Source of the DNA: an uncultured Candidatus Saccharibacteria bacterium
Lineage (GTDB): Bacteria > Patescibacteriota > Saccharimonadia > Saccharimonadales > CAYVSP01
Assembly: GCA_964540115.1 (NCBI GenBank)
Contig: CAZILM010000003.1
Span: 1-41,729, forward strand
DNA length: 41,729 nt
Direction: 5' to 3'
The first letter of the stretch is position 1. Every line of letters begins with the position of its first letter. Below, one piece after another: positions 24,096 through 31,673 of this stretch. The position numbers and the translations under genes were made by a program. The notes under the pieces were generated by a model. That model did not search any database and was not told where the DNA came from. It saw only the letters and a list, made by a program, of their open reading frames with translations.

Positions 24096-24806
24096 ATGAA
24101 AAAAAGATTATTGATTTTCGCCATTTTTTCCTCAGTAATCGTTGGAGGATTCATACTCTGGCACAATAAAGGAAATGTTAGCAAAGATGGTTCTGGGGCG
24201 TCTTCTAAAGTAGTAAACAACAATTTCAACAAGAGCCAGTACTCACTAGATGGGCCGGATAGTCTGTGGGTGGTTGTTAACAAAAAACGTGCGCTCAACC
24301 CGTTAGCATACGCGCCATCGGACTTAGTGGATATAGGCAACGGGCAAACCATGCGCCGCGACGCCGCATCAGCGTTTGCAGTCCTTTTAGCCGATGCTAA
24401 ATCTTCCGGATACAACCTTCTAGCCGAAAGTGGCTACCGCTCCTTTCAGGCGCAAGCAAATGTTTATAAGCGAGAGGTCCAGTCCTTCGGCCAGGCAAAA
24501 GCTGACACCGAGAGCGCCAAAGCCGGTTATAGCGAGCATCAGACCGGTTGGGCTGTGGATATCGGCAGCCCCGGCTGCTACGAAGATTGCTTTGGAGCAA
24601 CCAAGTCAGCAACATGGCTTAAAGCCAATGCCTATAAATATGGTTTTCTTTTGCGTTACCCGTTAGATAAAGCTGATGTAACCGGCTATCGCAACGAGCC
24701 GTGGCATTTTCGCTTTATCGGAAAAGATCTCAGTACGGAAATGCATAATCAAAACATAGAAACCCTGGAAGAATTTTTTGAATTACCGGCAGCTACTACT
24801 TATTAA
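24096..24806 (+). CDS. VanY-type (M15B) zinc D-alanyl-D-alanine carboxypeptidase, membrane-anchored
   Basis: N-terminal transmembrane helix, SEHQTGWAVDI (SxHxxGxAxD) and EPWHFRF motifs. Confidence 0.85.
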   Translation: MKKRLLIFAIFSSVIVGGFILWHNKGNVSKDGSGASSKVVNNNFNKSQYSLDGPDSLWVVVNKKRALNPLAYAPSDLVDIGNGQTMRRDAASAFAVLLADAKSSGYNLLAESGYRSFQAQANVYKREVQSFGQAKADTESAKAGYSEHQTGWAVDIGSPGCYEDCFGATKSATWLKANAYKYGFLLRYPLDKADVTGYRNEPWHFRFIGKDLSTEMHNQNIETLEEFFELPAATTY

Positions 24807-26037
24807 TAATATGAGATGCACGCCAACTTAGTGCTGGAGGTGACAGGGCAGCATTGAGTTTTAGCGGCACATTTTTTTCGCTACCGAAGTTTTTTATCAC
24901 AATATTGCCAACAACAGCTCCTTTAGGCATAGGAGCGTTAATCTCATTCAGGCTCACTCTAGCAATAGGCAGTTTGGCAGTCCAGACAAGCATTTTGACT
25001 TCGTCTGACGCAATTGCAACCGCCTTTGAACCCCACTGTGTAGAGTAGGTTCCGGCCGGCGCATCCTTTTTTACAAGAGTTACCTCGCGAAAACCTGGCA
25101 CTGCTGAGCGTAGTAGCGTAGCGCTATCTCGCATTGCTTTATTCAAATCCGTGGCACCCATAACAGCGCCAATCAGTGTAATTTTTTGACCATTGGGATA
25201 AGTTTGCGTTGAAGAAAATAAGAAACAGCCGCCAGCTTCGGTAGTATTGCCGGTTTTAATGCCATTAATGCCGTTTTGGCTAAGCAACCAATTAGTGTTT
25301 CGAATCTCACCTACCACAGGTATAACGGCCGAAGTTTGCGCCACAACGCTGGCAATTACCGGTTGCTGCATGGCAGCCTCCGCCAGTAACACCAGATCAT
25401 GCGGGGTGCTGGTTGTACCGGGTGCAAAGCCACTGGCATCTTTAATTTTTGTTTGGGTCATGTGTAATGATTGAGCCAGTTGGTTTGCTTGTTGTACATA
25501 GGCGTCTTCGGAACCGAAAGCCCAACGGCTCAAGCTGTAGGCAATATTATTAGCGGATGGTAGAAGCATGGCTTGCAGTGCCTGATATTCACTTATCTGT
25601 TCACCATAATTTACGGCTACAACCGAACCATCTTGGGCGACGTAACGATTATAAGCATCGATATCAGTTTGATCGAGCGTCAGCGTGGGGCCCTGCTCAC
25701 CAATCTTCAATGGTTTTTTCTGGAGCACAGCGTAAGCAGTCATGATTTTTGCAACGCTAGCTGTCGGTGATATGCTTTGTGCTCCGGATTCGCCCAATAC
25801 ACCGTAGCCAACCGCCCCGATTGCAGCCTGCCCGCTGTTTGGCCATGACAAGGTAGGCGCTTCATCCATGGCAGCACTAAGTGGAATTTGCTGTGCCACA
25901 ACAGCCGGTAAAGGTTTTGCAAAAGCCACAGCTACAAAACCGGCCAGAAATACAATCAGCACAAAAACTACAAGCCAGCTAGTCCGGCGTTTTTTCTTTA
26001 GTGGCTTCTTAAACTGCGACGGTTCAATTATGCGCAT
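24796..26037 (-). CDS. serine-type D-Ala-D-Ala carboxypeptidase (PBP5/DacA-like, S11)
   Basis: SVAK (SxxK), PSANN (SxN) and KTGNT (KTG) motifs in the correct order, with an N-terminal membrane anchor. Confidence 0.85.
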   Translation of the reverse strand: MRIIEPSQFKKPLKKKRRTSWLVVFVLIVFLAGFVAVAFAKPLPAVVAQQIPLSAAMDEAPTLSWPNSGQAAIGAVGYGVLGESGAQSISPTASVAKIMTAYAVLQKKPLKIGEQGPTLTLDQTDIDAYNRYVAQDGSVVAVNYGEQISEYQALQAMLLPSANNIAYSLSRWAFGSEDAYVQQANQLAQSLHMTQTKIKDASGFAPGTTSTPHDLVLLAEAAMQQPVIASVVAQTSAVIPVVGEIRNTNWLLSQNGINGIKTGNTTEAGGCFLFSSTQTYPNGQKITLIGAVMGATDLNKAMRDSATLLRSAVPGFREVTLVKKDAPAGTYSTQWGSKAVAIASDEVKMLVWTAKLPIARVSLNEINAPMPKGAVVGNIVIKNFGSEKNVPLKLNAALSPPALSWRASHIINK

Positions 26038-26152
26038 GCGTTCACTAAAGTATAACCTTTATATGGTTTGTACATAAACCACTTGACAACAGTTAACCGT
26101 AGGCAGACACTAAAACCAGAAAGTTTTACTCCTTACAAAAACCGGAAATAAC

Positions 26153-26629
26153 ATGAAACAGTTATCACTAAAAAAGAGGTCTGAGCCAAACCGCCGAATC
26201 GGTACGGTCGGAAGGGGACACGAAAAGCTTCATGCTATCGACTTGGCAGCGCATCCCAGTCTTGAGGATTTTGCTGCGTTGTTTGACCGAAAGCTAGGCG
26301 AATCACAGAGAATGCAGATCAAAGATCTAGGCCATCGAGCCATTATATCTTTTAGCCAAGAAAGTTTTGGGGAAGTCAGATCACTATTACAATATGACGT
26401 ATTAAATCCACGCACACACCAACTAGAAAATATCGCCAGGAGCTTGTTTTTGCTTAGTGCGTGGGCAACAGAGATTGTTGGAAGTCCTATGGCTGGACAA
26501 AGGCACTGGTTTGACTATGATCCAGAGTCCGGGAATAAGGGCATAACAATAGAGTACGGAACGCATCCGCTCATACCGGGTGATTACGCCGTGTTTGATC
26601 AATTACAAGCACTGCTCAACGCAACCTAA
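26153..26629 (+). CDS. hypothetical protein (158 aa)
   Basis: ORF only. No Shine-Dalgarno and no recognisable motif. Confidence 0.45.
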   Translation: MKQLSLKKRSEPNRRIGTVGRGHEKLHAIDLAAHPSLEDFAALFDRKLGESQRMQIKDLGHRAIISFSQESFGEVRSLLQYDVLNPRTHQLENIARSLFLLSAWATEIVGSPMAGQRHWFDYDPESGNKGITIEYGTHPLIPGDYAVFDQLQALLNAT

Positions 26630-26683
26630 ACTTGTTACGCCAGTAATAATCATCTAAAATCAATCTGTTCAAGCTTTCAATAA

Positions 26684-26758
26684 TGGGACGTCGCCAAGTG
26701 GTAAGGCACCAGTTTTTGGTACTGGCATTCGTAGGTTCGAATCCTACCGTCCCAGCCA
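26684..26758 (+). tRNA. tRNA-Gln (anticodon TTG), CCA encoded
   Basis: TGGGACG-TC-GCCA-AGTGGTAA-GGCA-C-CAGT...loop TTTTGGT...-GTAGG-TTCGAAT-CCTAC-CGTCCCA-G-CCA. The U1-A72 pair and overall sequence closely parallel bacterial tRNA-Gln. Confidence 0.9.
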
Positions 26759-26765
26759 ATAAATT

Positions 26766-26774
26766 TGATAATAT
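26766..26774 (+). promoter_or_regulatory. extended -10 element positioned for a leaderless ABC-transporter mRNA
   Basis: TGATAATAT (TGn + TAATAT), then 6 nt to the A of the ATG at 26781. No Shine-Dalgarno is present. Confidence 0.4.
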
Positions 26775-26780
26775 AATTGA

Positions 26781-27770
26781 ATGAGTAGCGATTCAGTGAC
26801 AAAAAACGCCCTTGAAGTCAAGAATTTGACTAAGTCTTTTGGCGACGTGAAAGTCCTTAGAGGCATCAATTTTAGTGCTAAACCTGGTACTATCTTGGCT
26901 TTGCTCGGGCCAAATGGAGCCGGCAAAACTACGACCATCCATATTCTAAGCACTCTACTAAAACCCGATGCCGGTGAAGTCCACATAATGGGCTACGACG
27001 TCGTTAAACAACCGGAACAAGTCCACGCCTGTATTGGACTGACCGGCCAATACGCGGCAGTTGATGAATACCTAACGGGAGAAGAAAACCTGCATTTAAT
27101 GGGCGGTTTGTACCGGCTCAGTAAAGAAGACACTAAAAGGCGAACTAAAGAGCTTCTAGAGCAATTTGACCTGGTAGGTGCCGCTAAACGACCGGTTAAA
27201 ACCTATTCGGGCGGAATGAAACGCCGGATTGACCTGGCAATGAGCCTGATAGCTATGCCGCCGGTTATATTCCTGGATGAACCAACAACAGGGCTGGATC
27301 CGCGCAGCCGTTTAACAATGTGGGAAATGATAAAGCAACTAGCTAAATACGGCACGACCATTTTACTAACCACCCAATACATGGACGAAGCTGATCAACT
27401 GGCTGACAATATTGTAGTTATTGATAACGGTAAGGTTATTGCCGAAGGTACATCAGCCAGCCTAAAATCCAGGATCGGATCGGATCGTTTAGAGCTAACC
27501 ATATCTATTAATAGCGATTTTGAGAAGGCTAAAAAGGTCCTCACTGGTAATGCCCAACAAGCCGACCTTGAGCGCCGCGCTATTAGTATTGCCGGTAAGG
27601 GCGGAGCGCGTAAAGTTAAAGAATTATTACAAAATATGGAAGATGAGGGTATAGAGGTGGAGACTATATCATTACAGAGCCCGACCTTAGACGATGTCTT
27701 TCTAACTCTCACAGGCCATGCCGCTTCTAGCGAAAAAGTTGACTCTAAAAAGGCCAAGAAGGAAAAGTAA
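26781..27770 (+). CDS. ABC transporter ATP-binding protein (DrrA/ABC-2 exporter type)
   Basis: Walker A GPNGAGKTT, signature YSGGMKRR, Walker B IFLDEPTTGLD, and the H-loop region. Confidence 0.9.
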   Translation: MSSDSVTKNALEVKNLTKSFGDVKVLRGINFSAKPGTILALLGPNGAGKTTTIHILSTLLKPDAGEVHIMGYDVVKQPEQVHACIGLTGQYAAVDEYLTGEENLHLMGGLYRLSKEDTKRRTKELLEQFDLVGAAKRPVKTYSGGMKRRIDLAMSLIAMPPVIFLDEPTTGLDPRSRLTMWEMIKQLAKYGTTILLTTQYMDEADQLADNIVVIDNGKVIAEGTSASLKSRIGSDRLELTISINSDFEKAKKVLTGNAQQADLERRAISIAGKGGARKVKELLQNMEDEGIEVETISLQSPTLDDVFLTLTGHAASSEKVDSKKAKKEK

Positions 27771-28586
27771 ATGGCAGTAATATCTTTAATATCTGACGTA
27801 AAACCTCAGGAAAAATCAGCCTGGTTCTGGCGTTTCCGCGACACCTGGCTGATGACCAAGCGTAGCATTACGCATATTGTACGCAGTTTTGACCAGCTTT
27901 TTTCTCTGATAATGTTCCCCGTCATGTTCATGCTACTAAATCGATATGTGCTTGGCGGCGCTATTCATACCGGCATTGCTTACGCCAATTACTTGTTTGC
28001 CGGTATTCTGGTGCAAACCCTGGCCTTTGGTGCCAACTACACCACAATTAACCTGGCAGTAGACATGAAAGAGGGTATTGTGGACCGTTTTCGGTCTTTA
28101 CCCATGAGAACCAGTGCTTTATTGGTGGGCCATATTACTGCAGACATGGTGCGCAATGTCATCTCCGCCATTATCATTATTGCCATCGGCTATCTGGTCG
28201 GTTTTCGACCAAACGCCAGTGCAACTGACTGGCTGCTTGTAGCGGGGCTTTCTTTACTTTTTACTTTGTCGATATCGTGGCTATCGGCCATTTTAGGCCT
28301 CATGGTTAAGAGCCTGGAAGCGGCCCAATGGATTGGTTTTGTCGTGATTTTCCCACTGACGTTCATCTCAAGCGCCTTCGTACCAACCGACACAATGCCG
28401 CCGGCTCTGCAGGCTTTCGCTGAAAACCAGCCCTTAACTCATGTCATAAACGCCGTACGATCCTTATTGGTCGGGACGCCTATGGGTAATTCTGGCAAAT
28501 TAGCTGTCATCTGGTGTGTGGGCATTATCGCGGTTTGTGCGCCAATCGCCATAAGAATGTTCCGTCGCCGCGGTCCGACTAAGTAG
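27771..28586 (+). CDS. ABC-2 type transporter permease
   Basis: Abuts the ATPase gene. It has six hydrophobic helices and a size and layout typical of ABC-2 permeases. Confidence 0.8.
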   Translation: MAVISLISDVKPQEKSAWFWRFRDTWLMTKRSITHIVRSFDQLFSLIMFPVMFMLLNRYVLGGAIHTGIAYANYLFAGILVQTLAFGANYTTINLAVDMKEGIVDRFRSLPMRTSALLVGHITADMVRNVISAIIIIAIGYLVGFRPNASATDWLLVAGLSLLFTLSISWLSAILGLMVKSLEAAQWIGFVVIFPLTFISSAFVPTDTMPPALQAFAENQPLTHVINAVRSLLVGTPMGNSGKLAVIWCVGIIAVCAPIAIRMFRRRGPTK

Positions 28587-28609
28587 AAGACTGGATAGAG
28601 CTTAGGTCT

Positions 28610-29047
28610 CTAGCTCGCCGAGGGGTTGTTTTCCAGGGCGTTAACATCTTCTTTTTGATCAGCCGGTTTTAGAATGTTATCAACTAGAATATCCAGCTGA
28701 TTGTCGTTGAGCTTAGACTTTTCAGCGTAGCCTTCAATGCCCAGATTACGCAATCCAGCTGGCGCATCCGCTTCATTTAAGGCTGAGACTATGAGCACCG
28801 GAATTTTTTGCCCCCATTCGCTGGAGCGCATTATTTTCAGAACCTGGTCGCCGGCAATTACCGGCACCATCAAATCAAGTAAAACTAGATTTGGCATTTC
28901 CTTTTGAATAAGAGCCAGCGCTGTTTTGCCATCATTAGCCACAAAACAGGTGTAACCCAGTAGCTCCATGCGGGTTTTATATATGTCGGCCAGCTCTACC
29001 TTGTCTTCGACAATTACAATTTTCTGAGTTTTACCAAATGCGTCCAT
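28610..29047 (-). CDS. receiver-only (CheY-like) response regulator
   Basis: IVIVEDK..., LVLLDLMVP (phospho-acceptor Asp), LIVSALNE and a Lys region. There is no output domain; 145 aa. Confidence 0.85.
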   Translation of the reverse strand: MDAFGKTQKIVIVEDKVELADIYKTRMELLGYTCFVANDGKTALALIQKEMPNLVLLDLMVPVIAGDQVLKIMRSSEWGQKIPVLIVSALNEADAPAGLRNLGIEGYAEKSKLNDNQLDILVDNILKPADQKEDVNALENNPSAS

Positions 29048-29092
29048 AATATGATTCTAGCATAAGCCTTTTATGCAATGTTAATTCTACAA

Positions 29093-29121
29093 TTGCGAAT
29101 GTTTAATTTGATTACTATTCT
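29093..29121 (+). promoter_or_regulatory. candidate promoter of a short leader/sRNA
   Basis: TTGCGA (29093-98), 17-nt spacer, TATTCT (29116-21). Confidence 0.35.
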
Positions 29122-29203
29122 GTATAGGTAATTTAGGATCGCGACACATCTGCCACCTAGTGTAAGCCGCGATGAGGAGGACGAATGACTATATAGATTT
29201 ACT

Positions 29204-29236
29204 GGCCAATACGCCGTAGGCGAATTGGCCTTTTTT
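29204..29236 (+). terminator. strong intrinsic terminator/attenuator hairpin
   Basis: GGCCAAT-A-CGCC-GTA-GGCG-A-ATTGGCC (11 bp) followed by TTTTTT. No protein gene ends upstream on this strand. An AAGGAG Shine-Dalgarno and an ATG at 29272 follow. Confidence 0.6.
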
Positions 29237-29271
29237 GTTTGTATGCGAAATTAAGTACTAAAGGAGACAAT

Positions 29272-29592
29272 ATGTCATCAGTAGCTATCAAAACATTGCC
29301 GTGGGGTGGAGAGGTTTATCTGGAAATTCCTCTGCACAAAAATTCATCCAATAAATTCTATGCCTGTCATGGTAAAACCGTTGAGGGCAGAGAATACATT
29401 GAATTTACAAAATTTGGCCCTAAGCCAAATACTGAAGGCGAAACCTATACCCAAAAGCTTAGACTCTTTAGTCCGGTACAATGGGCTCAATTGAAGCACT
29501 GCGTAGAAAGCGACCTTGCCGGTTCAATCGGTTGGGACATGGCAGCTGGTCAACAGGAATTTGAAAAACAAACCGATGCCAAGAAATCTTAG
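29272..29592 (+). CDS. hypothetical protein (106 aa from the Shine-Dalgarno-preceded ATG), weak resemblance to PC4/YdbC-like ssDNA-binding fold
   Basis: AAGGAGA lies 6 nt upstream of the ATG at 29272. The segment REYIEFTKFGPKPNTEGETYTQKLRLFSPVQWAQLKHCVESDL resembles the PC4-type pattern. This is recalled from memory only and was not searched. Confidence 0.5.
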   Translation: MSSVAIKTLPWGGEVYLEIPLHKNSSNKFYACHGKTVEGREYIEFTKFGPKPNTEGETYTQKLRLFSPVQWAQLKHCVESDLAGSIGWDMAAGQQEFEKQTDAKKS

Positions 29593-29605
29593 CCTATAAA
29601 CACCG

Positions 29606-29645
29606 GCCGGATGGAGTCAACACCTAAGCTCCATCCGGCTTCATA
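29606..29645 (+). terminator. terminator-like hairpin
   Basis: GCCGGATGGAG (29606-16) / CTCCATCCGGC (29629-39), an 11-bp stem with a weak T tail. Confidence 0.45.
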
Positions 29646-29738
29646 ATAAAAGAATAGTGCTTATCTTTATAGTCATGAAAGATTCTTTACGTTTGTGACA
29701 CTTTGTGATACTGTATACGAGACTAAGGAGTTCACCTA

Positions 29739-30086
29739 ATGATTACTTATAAAATCGACAAACAAGCCCATGCGAAGATCAACAACCAGATCCGTGATAT
29801 GAAACCAGTCTTGGCCGAGATTGTTCCCACCCTGCAGATGTTACAGGAATTATTAAAAGAACATGAAGGCGCAATTTCCTCGCCAAGCATTAATAACTAC
29901 AGGGCCGAATTACAGGAATCACTCCGAAAAACAATAGCTTTCGCTGACGACATTGCTGAGCCTACACAGAAGCTTATAGCCGTCAGTGAGCAAGCTGCTA
30001 AGCACCTGGCCGCAATTGAAGAGCATTTTGGTGGAGTATTGCGCGAAAAAAGTACTTCTGAACCTACAACGAAAGTAATAGAGTAA
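29739..30086 (+). CDS. hypothetical all-helical small protein (115 aa), WXG100-like helical-hairpin layout
   Basis: AAGGAG Shine-Dalgarno. Two long predicted helices are separated by a central HEGAISSP turn at the position where WXG100 proteins carry W-x-G. Confidence 0.5.
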   Translation: MITYKIDKQAHAKINNQIRDMKPVLAEIVPTLQMLQELLKEHEGAISSPSINNYRAELQESLRKTIAFADDIAEPTQKLIAVSEQAAKHLAAIEEHFGGVLREKSTSEPTTKVIE

Positions 30087-30089
30087 GAC

Positions 30090-30368
30090 ATGATTCTAAT
30101 GAATCATCAAAAGGAAACCAAATTGGTTTTGAAGAGTGACCCTTTGCAAGGAATTCTTTTCAAAGTCGACCCGGTTAATCTGCGTAATCAGGCCATGAAG
30201 CGTTCAAATAGAAAGATTGGGCAACATCTAAACTTTTTCCAAAAACTCCCAGAATTAAAAATGGTAAAATCACGCCTTAATCGACATAACAAGCTTATAA
30301 GTGATGTTACGTCTCAGTCAAACGACAGTGCCGACGTATACCGAAGACTAAAAATAGACATAAAATAA
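30090..30368 (+). CDS. hypothetical basic small protein (92 aa)
   Basis: ORF starting 3 nt after the previous stop. No motif was recognised. Confidence 0.35.
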   Translation: MILMNHQKETKLVLKSDPLQGILFKVDPVNLRNQAMKRSNRKIGQHLNFFQKLPELKMVKSRLNRHNKLISDVTSQSNDSADVYRRLKIDIK

Positions 30369-30492
30369 CTCCTTAAACCGGTTATGCTTTATAATAATCT
30401 TTACTTTTTGTATTGTTTATGTGACTATAAGACTTAAGAATAAAAACCAATTGCAGAAATGTTAATTCAAGCAATTAAGAAAGGGGTAGAAG

Positions 30493-31044
30493 ATGAGGAA
30501 AGTATTACAAATTTTAACAGGTGTGGTTGTTTCGTGCGGGCTAATGGCCGGCGTTGCTGCCGCCCAAAGCGCATCTTGTAGCGTTGTGAACACAGGTCCT
30601 AATTCCAATAATACCTGTACTGTAAATACGAATAACACCTTAACGGTAACTTGCACAAATACTGCCAACGTAGTTTACGTTAATGGTCAGAGTTCGAATT
30701 CAGGCAGTGCCACAGTAACAGCCAACACAAGTGGTGGCTACAGTGTCAGCGGAAATGCCGTGAATCAAAATAGCACCAACACCGCATTGGATCTAGGTTG
30801 TGCAGCAGCACCAGCAGCTGCTACCACTACTGCTCCAGCAACTGGTGGAATGGGTGGTGGAACCACAACTCCAGCCACTACTACTGCAACCGCAGCACCA
30901 GCACCGGTCAAGGCTTTGCCAAACACTGGCACAAGTGAAGTTGTTACAATAACAGCAATCGCTACCGCCACACTAGGTGCCGCAGCAATGGTCAGTCAGT
31001 TCGCTAAGAGTGCTTATCGCCGCCGTCTTCAGAAGCAGCTCTAA
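30493..31044 (+). CDS. LPXTG-type (LPNTG) cell-wall-anchored surface protein with one TGPxSxN module
   Basis: Signal peptide (…GVAAAQS), the module VVNTGPNSNNTCTV...NSGSATVTANTSGGYSVSGNA, an Ala/Pro/Thr linker with TGGMGGG, LPNTG at 30916-30930, a hydrophobic helix, and a YRRRLQKQL tail. Confidence 0.85.
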   Translation: MRKVLQILTGVVVSCGLMAGVAAAQSASCSVVNTGPNSNNTCTVNTNNTLTVTCTNTANVVYVNGQSSNSGSATVTANTSGGYSVSGNAVNQNSTNTALDLGCAAAPAAATTTAPATGGMGGGTTTPATTTATAAPAPVKALPNTGTSEVVTITAIATATLGAAAMVSQFAKSAYRRRLQKQL

Positions 31045-31073
31045 GTATTCCTTAGGTAAAAAAGCGAGCCATC

Positions 31074-31673
31074 ATGTTTTTTCAAAAAGCTCGTTACGTA
31101 ATCAGCGTGTCAGGTATTAACCTGGCACTGCTGTTTTTTGTAGTTTATTTAATTAGCCCTGGCACATTCAAACGTTCTCCAGCTAACACCTCCTTAGTTA
31201 GTGCGGAAGCAGTGAATAGGGTTGTCAGGGCGTCGCTTCCACCACCAAAAGCGATTACCGTCGGCAAGCCGGTTAGACTGACGATAACGAGGCTAAATAT
31301 AGATTTGCCAATAGAGGATGGCATTTATAATCCTGAGGATGGCAGCTGGTCACTTAGTGGTTACCATGCACAATTTGCCTATCCAAGCGCACCAGCAAAT
31401 GACAGCGAGGGAAATACTTTTATATACGGTCATAACAATAAAAACGTCTTCGGTCCTTTGAAGAAAATTGAAGAAGGGGATATGGTTCAGATATTCACAG
31501 ATAATGGCCACGTATTTTCGTATAAGTTTGAAGATGCTGTAAATGTTAAGCCGGATGACACATCAGTCTTTAGCTATAAAGGCCCTCCGATTTTAACCAT
31601 ACAAACTTGCAGCGGTAACTGGAATGAATGGCGACGCATGTTTCGCTTCTCCTTCGTGAAAGTGGAAGCCTAA
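31074..31673 (+). CDS. sortase (transpeptidase)
   Basis: N-terminal membrane anchor, LTITRLNIDLPIEDG, catalytic His in FIYGHNN, Cys in LTIQTCSG, and Arg in WRRMFRF. Confidence 0.85.
   Translation: MFFQKARYVISVSGINLALLFFVVYLISPGTFKRSPANTSLVSAEAVNRVVRASLPPPKAITVGKPVRLTITRLNIDLPIEDGIYNPEDGSWSLSGYHAQFAYPSAPANDSEGNTFIYGHNNKNVFGPLKKIEEGDMVQIFTDNGHVFSYKFEDAVNVKPDDTSVFSYKGPPILTIQTCSGNWNEWRRMFRFSFVKVEA

Noticed and set aside
26684-28586. tRNA-Gln followed by an ABC exporter as a possible integrated island
   Set aside because: There is no integrase, no repeat of the tRNA 3' end downstream that I could find, and no obvious compositional break by eye. The ABC genes look like ordinary chromosomal genes.
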